Shown one piece after another: positions 10,434 through 20,464 of a stretch of 64,000 nt of DNA (positions are counted from its first letter, which is position 1; each line of letters opens with the position of its first letter). The DNA is from Vitreimonas sp. (GTDB lineage Bacteria; Patescibacteriota; Microgenomatia; UBA1400; PJMF01). Both the position numbers and the translations under genes were made by a program. The notes beneath the pieces were generated by a model. It saw only the letters and a list, made by a program, of their open reading frames with translations, had not been told where the DNA came from and did not search any database. The stretch is from contig DASPLQ010000012.1 of assembly GCA_035627515.1 (NCBI GenBank), positions 1,199,705 through 1,263,704 of the forward strand, given 5' to 3'.

Positions 10434-13370
10434 ATGCTGAAATTTATTACCGATCTTTTCGACGAAAATAAGAAAGCCCTTAAGCGCTACCAGGCTATAG
10501 TGGACCAAATCAACGCCTTGGAGCCCAGTCTCAAAAAGCTAAGTGATACCAAGCTGGCAGCACAAACCAAAAAGTTTAAAACTATCATTAAAGACAGCCA
10601 AACTGCTGGGCGAGCTGATCAAGATATCTTAAACGAAATTTTACCTGAGGCCTTTGCTACCGTCCGTGAAGCTTCACGCCGTGTCTTAGGCATGCGGCAT
10701 TTTGATGTCCAACTTCTGGCAGGCATTGCTCTCCACCATGGTACTGTCACTGAACAAAAAACTGGTGAAGGCAAAACGCTTACCGTCACGGCACCACTCT
10801 ACTTGAATGCTCTTCTTGGCAAAGGGGTGCAGCTGATTACCGTCAATGATTATCTAGCCGAAGTTGGGGCAGGGTGGATGGGGCAACTCTACCATTTCCT
10901 CGGTCTTAGCACCTCAGTGATTGTGCACGATAAAGCTAAACTCTATAACCCAGATGTCGATAGCGAAGAGCGGGGAGATGAACGCTTAGAGCACTTTCAA
11001 GATATTTCCCGCCAAGCCGCTTACTCAGCTGATATTACGTACGGCACCAATAATGAGTTTGGTTTTGATTATCTCCGCGATAACATGGTGCAAGAACTCA
11101 ACCAAATGGTTCAGCGTACCGATACACCTCACTACTTTGCCATCGTGGATGAGGCTGACTCTATCTTGATTGACGAAGCCCGGACGCCATTAATTATTTC
11201 CGCTCCTGATACAGAACCTACCCAAAAGTATTATGAATATGCGCAAATGGTCAACGTCTTGGTCAAAAACATTGATTTTAAACTCGATGAAAAGGCCCGG
11301 TCCGTAACCTTAACAGATTTAGGTGTCAAACGTATCGAACAAAAACTCGGTGTCAGCAACTTATATGAGGAAAGCTTTGACACTATCCACCACGTGGAGA
11401 GTGCCCTCAAAGCCATGACTCTCTACCACCGAGATAAAGAGTACATCATCCGCGATAACCAAGTCATCATTGTCGATGAACACACCGGCCGTTTAATGCA
11501 TGGCCGTCGGTACTCAGATGGTTTACACCAGGCTATTGAGGCTAAAGAAGGTGTGCCTATTCAGCAAGAATCTCGTACATTAGCCACGATCTCACTTCAA
11601 AACTACTTCCGTCTCTACACCAAGCTTTCTGGTATGACAGGTACTGCCGTTACCGAAGCTGAAGAGTTTAAAAAGATTTATGACATGAACGTGTTGCCTA
11701 TTCCTACCAACGTGCCAGTTGTCCGGCATGATGGTACGGATCAGGTGTACAAAACTACAGCCGCTAAATATAGTGCTATTGTTCGCGAAGTTGAAGTTGT
11801 TCATGCTGAAGGCCGACCGATCTTAATTGGTACCCGATCGATTGATCACAATCAAATTATCTCCAACTTTTTAAAGCGAAAAAATATTCCTCACCAAGTC
11901 CTCAATGCTAAAAACAATGAACAAGAAGCCTTTATTATTGCCGATGCTGGTAAAAGGGGCTCGATCACTGTCGCCACTAATATCGCCGGCCGCGGTGTGG
12001 ACATTGTGTTGGGTGGTTCTAAACCTGAATTAAAAGATTACCGGAAACAGAAAAAAGCCAGCGATAAAGCCAGTGCCAAGACCGCCACCAAAAACACATT
12101 AGTAGAGGAACTGCGCTTACCACCGTCTGTAAATCCCGATAACTATAAACTCAAAGAGTATGCAGCTGCTCTGAAAAAATGGCAGGCAGCTCATGACGAA
12201 GTCGTCAGCCTCGGGGGTCTTCATATCATTGGTACTGAACGTCATGAATCGCGGCGGATTGATAATCAGCTCCGGGGTCGGGCTGGCCGCCAAGGTGATC
12301 CTGGCTCATCTCAGTTCTTTGTCTCACTCGAAGACGACATTATGCGTATCTTCGGCGGAGAGCAAATTGCCAAGGTCATGGATTTCCTGAAAATCGATGA
12401 AAATCAAGCTATCGAACATAGTATGGTCAGTAAGTCAATTGAGTCAGCCCAGGTGAAAGTGGAAGGGTTCTTCTTTGATCAGCGCAAACGATTGGTGGAG
12501 TTTGACGATGTGATGAACAAGCATCGTGAAATCATTTATAAACGTCGCCGACGCTTACTGGAAGAATCTGAAATGCTCAAAGAACAAATTTTGGAGTACT
12601 TACGCGACGAAATGGAAGCCATGGTGGCACTACGAGCTCCTCAAAACTTCACTGCCGATGAGTATGATGCCATCGTCAAAGAATTCATTAAAATTATCCC
12701 TTTCGATGATAATTCTCAAGCTGAGCTGCGAAAAACGCTTTCTCAATTGACTCAACCAGATGACATTGTTTCTAAATTAATGGAGATCACTACTACAGTG
12801 TATAAAACTCGAGAAGAGGTGGTTGGGACGTCAGCTATGCGCCAGTTAGAACGTTACGTGACCTTATCCACGATTGACGAAAAATGGATGGAACACCTGG
12901 ATGAGATGGATAATTTGCGTGATGGTATCTGGCTGCGTGGTGATAAAAACACGGTTTTAGCCGAGTATAAAAAGGAAGGATTCTCGATGTTTGAGCAACT
13001 CATCGCTCAAACAGAGTCAACCATTGCCAATCGCATTTTCAGAGTTCACATCCAGAATCAACCCCAAGTTCGAGTTGATTTATCTCAAGCGAAAGAAATT
13101 AAAGATGACGTCTTTGAACCACTTGAAAAAGAGGTCCAAGATGCAACTTTACCAGCTGCCGCGCCACGCCAAATCAAAGGCCAAGCTCAGGATTTAGCCG
13201 CGGCTCTAGCCTCAGCCAAAAGTACTTCTCGTCCATCCGTTTCTAGTTCCGATCCTTATGCCAAAGTTGGTCGTAATGATCTCTGTCCGTGTGGCAGTGG
13301 CTTAAAGTACAAAAAATGTGGTTTAATCAATTCTGCTGAGCATCAGGCCAAAACTGAAAATGCAGCATAA
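10434..13370 (+). CDS. secA: preprotein translocase ATPase SecA
   Basis: 978 aa. DEAD-like motor motifs. C-terminal zinc-binding tail CPCGSGLKYKKCG. Lys-rich insertion around aa 530-570. Confidence 0.95.
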   Translation: MLKFITDLFDENKKALKRYQAIVDQINALEPSLKKLSDTKLAAQTKKFKTIIKDSQTAGRADQDILNEILPEAFATVREASRRVLGMRHFDVQLLAGIALHHGTVTEQKTGEGKTLTVTAPLYLNALLGKGVQLITVNDYLAEVGAGWMGQLYHFLGLSTSVIVHDKAKLYNPDVDSEERGDERLEHFQDISRQAAYSADITYGTNNEFGFDYLRDNMVQELNQMVQRTDTPHYFAIVDEADSILIDEARTPLIISAPDTEPTQKYYEYAQMVNVLVKNIDFKLDEKARSVTLTDLGVKRIEQKLGVSNLYEESFDTIHHVESALKAMTLYHRDKEYIIRDNQVIIVDEHTGRLMHGRRYSDGLHQAIEAKEGVPIQQESRTLATISLQNYFRLYTKLSGMTGTAVTEAEEFKKIYDMNVLPIPTNVPVVRHDGTDQVYKTTAAKYSAIVREVEVVHAEGRPILIGTRSIDHNQIISNFLKRKNIPHQVLNAKNNEQEAFIIADAGKRGSITVATNIAGRGVDIVLGGSKPELKDYRKQKKASDKASAKTATKNTLVEELRLPPSVNPDNYKLKEYAAALKKWQAAHDEVVSLGGLHIIGTERHESRRIDNQLRGRAGRQGDPGSSQFFVSLEDDIMRIFGGEQIAKVMDFLKIDENQAIEHSMVSKSIESAQVKVEGFFFDQRKRLVEFDDVMNKHREIIYKRRRRLLEESEMLKEQILEYLRDEMEAMVALRAPQNFTADEYDAIVKEFIKIIPFDDNSQAELRKTLSQLTQPDDIVSKLMEITTTVYKTREEVVGTSAMRQLERYVTLSTIDEKWMEHLDEMDNLRDGIWLRGDKNTVLAEYKKEGFSMFEQLIAQTESTIANRIFRVHIQNQPQVRVDLSQAKEIKDDVFEPLEKEVQDATLPAAAPRQIKGQAQDLAAALASAKSTSRPSVSSSDPYAKVGRNDLCPCGSGLKYKKCGLINSAEHQAKTENAA

Positions 13371-13420
13371 ATAAATCTTCAATACTTCACAGATGAGTAA
13401 AAACTCTATATAGTAAAAGC

Positions 13421-13807
13421 ATGATTGCTGACTACACCCAAACAATTGTGGTCGCTGAAGACGACCCTTTTTACAGTAGTATTCTCCGCTTTAAATTAAC
13501 TGCTTCTGGCCATAAGGTAATTGTGGTGCAAGATGGAAACGCAGTGTTGGAAACTATCCGCATAAACCAACCTCGATTGCTAGTTTTGGACCTGATTTTA
13601 CCTGGCAAAGACGGTTTTGAAATCCTCAAAGAAATTAAAACTTCTTCAGACTTAGCTCAGTTAAAAGTCGTTGTACTAACTAATCTCTCTCAACGTGAAG
13701 ATCGCGCACAAATCACCAATTTAGGCGCCGAGGAATACATCATCAAAACTAATATCTCAGTCCATGAAATGATGGATGCTCTCTCCCAACACCTAGACAC
13801 TAACTAA
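13421..13807 (+). CDS. single-domain response regulator (CheY-like receiver)
   Basis: 128 aa. Receiver-domain signatures (VVAEDD, LLVLDLILPGKDG, conserved downstream Thr and Lys). Confidence 0.8.
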   Translation: MIADYTQTIVVAEDDPFYSSILRFKLTASGHKVIVVQDGNAVLETIRINQPRLLVLDLILPGKDGFEILKEIKTSSDLAQLKVVVLTNLSQREDRAQITNLGAEEYIIKTNISVHEMMDALSQHLDTN

Positions 13808-13934
13808 AATTCGCCTTTTATTTGTGAGTAATTTAAATTCATCTTGGGCATAACCTCAATAAATGGTACTGTTAGTATAGGAGTGTATTTTTTTTGCCTT
13901 ATCGATAATACACAAGAATAAACTCTAGCTCCGA

Positions 13935-16790
13935 ATGCCAACCGCTTATCTTAACTTTATCAAATGTGCCCGTTGGCAAGCTCAACTGAGCATCGGGATT
14001 GCACTTATAGTGCTCTTGGGGTGGTTATTAAAAATTGAACTCCTCAAGCGGATTTATCCTAGCTTTGTGGCTATGAATCCCACCACAGCCATAGCCTTTA
14101 TCCTCCTTGGTGCCAGTGTAGTGTGGCATTCTCAGCGCAACCATAGCGTTATTGCTTCCTGGGCCAGTAAGCTCAGTGGTCTCAGCGTTGCCATCATCGG
14201 TGCCACAAAAATATTTAGCATTATTACCTCAATAGATCTAAAAATCGATCAAATATTATTTGTTTCTCAGCTCAATGAAACCGCAATTAACTTACCGAAT
14301 CGAATGGCACCAAACACTGCTTTTAATTTTTTATTGTTGGGATCTGCCATCATTTTTTTGAGTACTAAATCCCGCTGGTTACAAAAGGTTTGCCAAATCC
14401 TCATCTTTATCTCGGCGTGCATGTCTATGCTGGCAATCGTCGGTTACTTTTACAACTTTGTGAATTTATACGGTATACCGACATATATTCCTATGGCCTT
14501 ACATACCGCCCTGAACTTTATCAATTTAGCCATTGCTATCGCATTCGTTGAACCTAACACTAGCTTTGTTTCGTGGTTTGTTGACCAAGGACTTATTATT
14601 AATAAGTTTAAAAATTTTGGTGTCCGTACAAAGCTGTTTACTGGATTTGGGATCTTGCTCGTTATTTTTATTACTTTTGCTTTTATTACCCATACCAATA
14701 TAACTACTATTCAAAATAATCTCATTCCATTACGGGCTAAGATCCGCAATGCCCGCATAGCGGCTTTAGAAATGCGTAGGTACGAAAAAGACTTTCTAAC
14801 ACGTGATGTAGCGGGTGAATACAATAACTCTTTTTACACAAACAATGAAAGTGAAAATCTCAAAATGTGGCATAAAAACTATGCTTATTTTATTGAGAAT
14901 TTAGACGCTCTCATAGCTTTTCATCAACAAGAAAATAATACTGCAGAGGTGGAAAAACTCACGACCCTTAAATCTAGTATAAATGAATATTATGCGAATT
15001 TTTTATTGATTGTAGCCAAATATAACATGCGTGGCTTTAAGGACTATGGCTTGGAAGGGGAAATGCGCAGAACTATCCAAGACTTAGAGACTTTAACTTC
15101 CTCGCCAGCTGAAGCAGTTTTCATTTTACAAGCTCGTCGTGGGGAAAAAGATTTCTTCTTGCGCAATGACATCCAAGAATTGGAGCGTTTTAAAACAGCT
15201 ACTGAAAATTTAAAAGTTCTTTATGCCTCTCAGCCAGCCAAGATGGCTTTGCTCCAACGATATATTGACACTTTTCACCATATCGTCAGACTCAAAACAG
15301 AGATAGGACTGCGAATTGACAATGGGTTAACCGGAAAAATGAGAGTAGCCATCAATCAAGCTGAACCCGTTTTAGAAGCAGAAGAAGTATCTATTTTAAA
15401 CCTCACCAATAATCGAATTGATGTCATCCAAAAAACTGTTTTAGCCCTGACCGGTTTGTTTTGTTTAATTGGTATTGGTTCTGCTGTTGCTACCTCACAA
15501 ATCATTTTGCGCTCGTTACGCAAGGTGGAGTATGTCGCAGAACAAATTGCTGCTGGGGATCTTTCTCAACGTATCGAAACTACTGCGAAGGATGAAGTTG
15601 GCCACCTCTCACAGGCATTTAATGATATGGTTACCAAACTGCAATTAGCTCAAAATAAGTTAGCTGCTGCCAAAGCCCAAGATGAAGCTCTATTAAGCAG
15701 TATTGGTGATGGCGTGTTTGCAGTTGATACTGAGCTGCGTTTAATTTTAATCAATAAGGTGGCGGAAAAACTTATTAACATAAAAGCACAAGAGGCTTTG
15801 GGTAAGCACTATCATGACATTTTCGCTTTTAGCTATGAGGATGAACCTGGCAAAGCTTATCCCGATTTTGTGAAACAAGTCATCACTAATGGGCAGGTCG
15901 CAAGTCTGGAATCTCGCACCCTGCTGAAGACAAGCGATGGTAACTTCATCCCGGTAGCCGATAGTGCCTCACCCATTACTGACGCTCAAGGTAATATTAT
16001 TGGTTGTATTGTAGTCTTTAGAGATGTCACACAAGAACGGGAACTAGAGCAAGCCAAAGATGATTTTTTATCAGTGGCCGCACATCAACTTCGAACACCA
16101 CTGGGCAGTATGCGCTGGAACATCGAACTAGTCCAAAATGGTGATGTGGGACCGATTAGTGACACCGTCAAAGAGCGCTTGAGTCAAGTTTACCAAAGTA
16201 TTCATCGCATGATTAGTTTAGTTAATGATCTTCTTGATGTCTCTCGAATTGATCAATCGCGAGTCCAAGAAACCCCACAGCCAGTTGAACTTCATTCTGT
16301 CATAACAGAGATGATTGCCGATCTGAATGGTTTGGCTGAAGAAAAGAAAATAACAGTAGCTTTCAATAGAGAAAATCGGCCTTTACCTAGTTTAGTTATT
16401 GATCAGACACATTTGCGACACGTGCTTCAGAACCTCCTCTCCAATGCCATTAAATACAACCGTCCCAATGGAAATGTCACAATTACTACCTACCTTCAGC
16501 CAGATGGTATTCAAGTTTCCATTGCTGATACCGGAATTGGTATACCTGATGCTGACCAAAATGAAGTTTTCTCGAAATTTTATCGTGGTGAGAATGCTTT
16601 GAAGAGTGCCACAGAAGGTTCAGGCTTAGGACTGTTCGTAGTTAAGTCGTATATTGAAGCTTGGGGTGGCAAAATTTGGTTCGAGTCTAAAATTGATCAG
16701 GGGACCACTTTTTACTTTACTCTTCCCATGCATCCCAACCAACACGCTTTAGGTACCCATTTAGCTTCGGTCCAAAAAACAGTACAATAA
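13935..16790 (+). CDS. sensor histidine kinase with large N-terminal multi-TM sensor, HAMP, PAS, HisKA and HATPase_c
   Basis: 951 aa. More than 6 predicted TM helices in the first about 250 aa. HAMP (AEQIAAGDLSQRIETTAKDEVGHLSQAFNDMV). H-box DDFLSVAAHQLRTPL. N/G1/G2 boxes (LSNAIKYNRPNG; DTGIGIP; GSGLGL). Confidence 0.85.
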   Translation: MPTAYLNFIKCARWQAQLSIGIALIVLLGWLLKIELLKRIYPSFVAMNPTTAIAFILLGASVVWHSQRNHSVIASWASKLSGLSVAIIGATKIFSIITSIDLKIDQILFVSQLNETAINLPNRMAPNTAFNFLLLGSAIIFLSTKSRWLQKVCQILIFISACMSMLAIVGYFYNFVNLYGIPTYIPMALHTALNFINLAIAIAFVEPNTSFVSWFVDQGLIINKFKNFGVRTKLFTGFGILLVIFITFAFITHTNITTIQNNLIPLRAKIRNARIAALEMRRYEKDFLTRDVAGEYNNSFYTNNESENLKMWHKNYAYFIENLDALIAFHQQENNTAEVEKLTTLKSSINEYYANFLLIVAKYNMRGFKDYGLEGEMRRTIQDLETLTSSPAEAVFILQARRGEKDFFLRNDIQELERFKTATENLKVLYASQPAKMALLQRYIDTFHHIVRLKTEIGLRIDNGLTGKMRVAINQAEPVLEAEEVSILNLTNNRIDVIQKTVLALTGLFCLIGIGSAVATSQIILRSLRKVEYVAEQIAAGDLSQRIETTAKDEVGHLSQAFNDMVTKLQLAQNKLAAAKAQDEALLSSIGDGVFAVDTELRLILINKVAEKLINIKAQEALGKHYHDIFAFSYEDEPGKAYPDFVKQVITNGQVASLESRTLLKTSDGNFIPVADSASPITDAQGNIIGCIVVFRDVTQERELEQAKDDFLSVAAHQLRTPLGSMRWNIELVQNGDVGPISDTVKERLSQVYQSIHRMISLVNDLLDVSRIDQSRVQETPQPVELHSVITEMIADLNGLAEEKKITVAFNRENRPLPSLVIDQTHLRHVLQNLLSNAIKYNRPNGNVTITTYLQPDGIQVSIADTGIGIPDADQNEVFSKFYRGENALKSATEGSGLGLFVVKSYIEAWGGKIWFESKIDQGTTFYFTLPMHPNQHALGTHLASVQKTVQ

Positions 16791-16791
16791 C

Positions 16792-17205
16792 TTGATTACG
16801 TCTATGAACTCACCCTCTCCCAACTCCACTGCCACTAAAAGATATGTATTAGTCGCTGAAGACGATGTTTTCTACAGCAACATATTTAAACTTAAGCTAA
16901 CTGCAGCAGGTTATGAGACTGTAGTGGTCAGCGATGGACAACAACTTTTGACTGCTGCCAAAAAAAAGCTTCCTGATTTGATCTTGCTTGATTTAATTAT
17001 GCCTATAATGGATGGTTTTGAGACATTACAAGCTCTCAAAAAAGATCCAAATCTTAAAACTGTCAAAGTAGTGATTATGTCTAATCTAGGACAAGAAGAA
17101 GATGTCCAAAAAACAATGGGCCTAGGTGCGGAAGATTACCTCATCAAAACCAATCTTTCCGTTCAAGAAATGGTCGCTGCAGTTCAAAAATACCTTCTTA
17201 ACTAG
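16792..17205 (+). CDS. single-domain response regulator (CheY-like receiver), paralog of 13421..13807
   Basis: 137 aa. Start is 2 nt after the HK stop. About 45% identical to the upstream receiver (LVAEDDVFYSNIFKLKLTAAGYETVVV...). Confidence 0.8.
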   Translation: MITSMNSPSPNSTATKRYVLVAEDDVFYSNIFKLKLTAAGYETVVVSDGQQLLTAAKKKLPDLILLDLIMPIMDGFETLQALKKDPNLKTVKVVIMSNLGQEEDVQKTMGLGAEDYLIKTNLSVQEMVAAVQKYLLN

Positions 17206-17253
17206 GTTTATCTCTCTAGACTTTCTTCTTGAGAACCCGTACACTTTTCTAGT

Positions 17254-18954
17254 ATGTTGCTGCCCTATGATCCTGCCCAGCTGTTAGCTTCCTTACAAGA
17301 GTTAAATTTGATTGAAGAAACAGCACTTCAAAATGCTTATCAAGAGAGCACAGCAACTAATTTGCCTTTTGATCAAATCCTTCTCAGACTAAATTTAATC
17401 TCTGATGAAAATCTCGGTAAAGTCATCGCTGAATTAATTGGCATTCCATATGTTCATCTATCACATGTGCATATTCCGGCTCCAGTTCTGAATCTCATTC
17501 CTGAAACTTTCGCAAAAAAACACCATGTGATTGTTTACCAAAATGAGAATGGCCAGGTTGCAATCGCTACCAGTCACCCACAGAATTTAGTCGCTCAAGA
17601 ATTCATTAAGCGAGCAGTGAATGCGGAGCTAAAAGTGGCCTATACTACCCAGCGAGAACTGACTCAAGCTTTAAGCCTCTACACCCCTGATATCAAAAGT
17701 GTCATTACGCCCTTGATAGAAACTAAGTCCGGGGAGCAACCCATTATTGAAATTGTAGATAACATTTTAGGATATGGTTATAAGTATAAGGCTTCTGACA
17801 TTCACATCGAACCGATCGATGAATACTCATTGGTGAGAATGAGAATAGATGGCGTGCTCCATGATTCCTTGGAACTACCGATCAAACTTCATGAGCAAGT
17901 TGTAACCCGCATCAAAGTTTTAGCCAAACTGCGCACTGACGAACACCAAGCTGCCCAAGATGGTAAGTTGCAGTTTGACGTTGATGAAGAACCTGTCGAT
18001 GTCCGTGTCTCTATTGTACCCATTACTAATGGTGAAAAGATCGTAATGCGGTTACTGTCAAAACAAGCTCGTGAGTATTCACTTCAAGACCTAGGTATTT
18101 CATCTTCCGATCTCGATAAAATTAACCGTGCATATGAAAAGCCGTATGGCATGATTTTATCCACTGGGCCAACGGGATCTGGTAAAACGACCAGTCTTTA
18201 TACCATCCTAAAAATGGTTAACAAACGCGACATTAATATTATGACTATTGAAGATCCAGTGGAATATACTATTGCCGGTATTAATCAAATTCAAGTTAAC
18301 ACCAAGACAAATTTAACTTTTGCTGCTGGTTTACGTTCCATAGTTCGTCAGGACCCTAATGTCATCCTAGTCGGTGAAATTAGAGATGAAGAAACAGCGG
18401 GCATTGCTGTAAATGCCGCTATGACTGGTCACTTAGTTTTGTCCACATTGCACACCAACAATGCCGCTACTGCTATTCCGCGCTTATTAGATATGGAAGT
18501 TGAACCTTTTTTGGTCGCATCTTCCATTAATGTCATTATTGCCCAACGGCTGGTTAGAAAAACATGCTTACGCTGTCGTGTTTCTAAAGAAGTAACATTA
18601 AGTGAATTGAGTTCTAAAACGTCTGAGCAATCTGACGGCGCCGTTGATCAAATGGGCGAAGCACACTTTACTCAGCTGAAGCATCACTTTGATGACCAGG
18701 AAAAAATCAGAGTTTATGAGGGCAAAGGTTGTGAAGTTTGCCATCATACTGGATATGTGGGCCGGATTGGCATCTTTGAAGTTTTGGAAATCACCGAGGA
18801 AATTCGCCAAGCTATTACCGATCGGCAAGACGCAGGAAATATTCAAACACTAGCAATGAAACAGGGCATGACTACTATGTTCGAGGATGGTTTAGAAAAA
18901 ATGAAACAGGGCCAAACTACCTTAGCCGAAATTTTACGCGTCACCAAAGAGTAG
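17254..18954 (+). CDS. pilB: type IV pilus assembly ATPase PilB (GspE family)
   Basis: 566 aa. N-terminal GSPII_E_N domain. Walker A GPTGSGKTT. Tetracysteine motif CLRC...CEVC. Confidence 0.85.
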   Translation: MLLPYDPAQLLASLQELNLIEETALQNAYQESTATNLPFDQILLRLNLISDENLGKVIAELIGIPYVHLSHVHIPAPVLNLIPETFAKKHHVIVYQNENGQVAIATSHPQNLVAQEFIKRAVNAELKVAYTTQRELTQALSLYTPDIKSVITPLIETKSGEQPIIEIVDNILGYGYKYKASDIHIEPIDEYSLVRMRIDGVLHDSLELPIKLHEQVVTRIKVLAKLRTDEHQAAQDGKLQFDVDEEPVDVRVSIVPITNGEKIVMRLLSKQAREYSLQDLGISSSDLDKINRAYEKPYGMILSTGPTGSGKTTSLYTILKMVNKRDINIMTIEDPVEYTIAGINQIQVNTKTNLTFAAGLRSIVRQDPNVILVGEIRDEETAGIAVNAAMTGHLVLSTLHTNNAATAIPRLLDMEVEPFLVASSINVIIAQRLVRKTCLRCRVSKEVTLSELSSKTSEQSDGAVDQMGEAHFTQLKHHFDDQEKIRVYEGKGCEVCHHTGYVGRIGIFEVLEITEEIRQAITDRQDAGNIQTLAMKQGMTTMFEDGLEKMKQGQTTLAEILRVTKE

Positions 18955-18955
18955 T

Positions 18956-20035
18956 ATGAACATTAGTCTTAATCAAAAAATCCAGTTCTTTTCCCATGTT
19001 ACTTTAGTGGAAAAAGCTTTATTTACGAAGCATTTAGCTACTTTAATTCATGCTGGTATTCCCTTGGCAGAAGCTCTAGCCACCTTACATGAAGACCAAC
19101 ATTCCACTTTAAATACTATTATTGGTGAGATGCAAACAGACATTGAAAACGGTTTATCGCTAGCAGCTACTTTGCACAAACATCCCCAAGCTTTCGATAA
19201 TTTTTATGTCAGTATGATTGAGGTGGGGGAGACGGCAGGAACCTTAGAAGAAACTCTTAGTTTTTTAAGCAACCACCTCTCTAAGGAATATATTTTACGT
19301 CAAAAAATAAATGGAGCCATGATGTATCCAGGTGTAGTTTTCTTTGCTACTCTCATCATGAGTGGTTTTATTGCTTTGTTTGTTCTGCCTAAACTCACCA
19401 CTTTTTTTGATGCTTTTGAAATAGAGTTGCCGCTCAGCACGCAAATTTTATTAGCGGTAGCCAACTTTATGAGCAGCTATGGAATTGCCTTTTTTGCTGG
19501 AGTAATAGGAGTGATTGCTCTTGTAATATGGCTTCTACAACTGCCTATGATTAAACCGCATTGGCATCGAATTGTCTTAAAAACTCCTTTATTTGGCAAA
19601 CTACTCCAGTATACCCAAATCGCTCGCTTCACCAGAAATTTGAGCGTCTTATTAAAAAGTGGGGTGCCTATTACTCAATCTCTCGCAGTTACTACTCACA
19701 CGCTGAGCAATGTTGTCATTCAGCACGATATTGAACGCTTAGTCAACTCACTCAAAGCTGGCACTACCATGGGTAAGGCACTCAAAGAGGGTAATTATCC
19801 TCGCTTCCCGCAGCTGATGAAAAAAATGATTGCCGTGGGTGAAAAAACCGGGAAACTCGAAGACACCTTGCACTACGTAGCCGAGTTTTATGAAGAAGAA
19901 ATTGACACTGTCAGCAAAAATCTTTCCACAATTTTAGAGCCAGTACTATTGATTGTCATTGGCTTAGTAGTAGGTTTTGTAGCACTCGCCATTATCGGCC
20001 CCATTTACAATTTAACGGGCTCCATCGGTCGGTAG
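18956..20035 (+). CDS. pilC: type IV pilus inner-membrane platform protein PilC (GspF family)
   Basis: 359 aa. Two GspF-like repeats with 3 TM segments. Start is 2 nt after the pilB stop. Confidence 0.8.
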   Translation: MNISLNQKIQFFSHVTLVEKALFTKHLATLIHAGIPLAEALATLHEDQHSTLNTIIGEMQTDIENGLSLAATLHKHPQAFDNFYVSMIEVGETAGTLEETLSFLSNHLSKEYILRQKINGAMMYPGVVFFATLIMSGFIALFVLPKLTTFFDAFEIELPLSTQILLAVANFMSSYGIAFFAGVIGVIALVIWLLQLPMIKPHWHRIVLKTPLFGKLLQYTQIARFTRNLSVLLKSGVPITQSLAVTTHTLSNVVIQHDIERLVNSLKAGTTMGKALKEGNYPRFPQLMKKMIAVGEKTGKLEDTLHYVAEFYEEEIDTVSKNLSTILEPVLLIVIGLVVGFVALAIIGPIYNLTGSIGR

Positions 20036-20041
20036 GGAACA

Positions 20042-20464
20042 ATGATGCAACAAGGCGTGACACTCATCGAGTTATTGCTAGTGATCGGTTTAATGCTGAT
20101 CGTCGGCATGATGGCATCTCCATTTATTTCCCAATTCCTGACTTACAACTCATTTGACATAGCAGAACAACAACTACAAGGCAACTTACGCAAGGCTCAA
20201 GCATATGCCATGGATGGCAAACAACCCGGACCTTGGGGAGTATGTTTGAGTGATCGGATGATCCGTTTATTTAGTGGCACCTGTGCCAGTCCCACTCATC
20301 ACGAAGACTTTGAGTTACCAACTACTGTTACTGTCACTGGCCTCAATACGGTTACTTTTAACAATCGGGGTGAGCCCTCCGCAGCCTTATCAATCACCAT
20401 TACGACACCGCTAGAAACAGCCACTATGGTACTTAATCAAAGTGGAGGACTAAGTGTTAATTAA
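20042..20464 (+). CDS. prepilin-type (class III signal) minor pilin/pseudopilin
   Basis: 140 aa. MMQQG|VTLIELLLVIGL with Gly-1/Glu+5 followed by a hydrophobic helix. Confidence 0.65.
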   Translation: MMQQGVTLIELLLVIGLMLIVGMMASPFISQFLTYNSFDIAEQQLQGNLRKAQAYAMDGKQPGPWGVCLSDRMIRLFSGTCASPTHHEDFELPTTVTVTGLNTVTFNNRGEPSAALSITITTPLETATMVLNQSGGLSVN

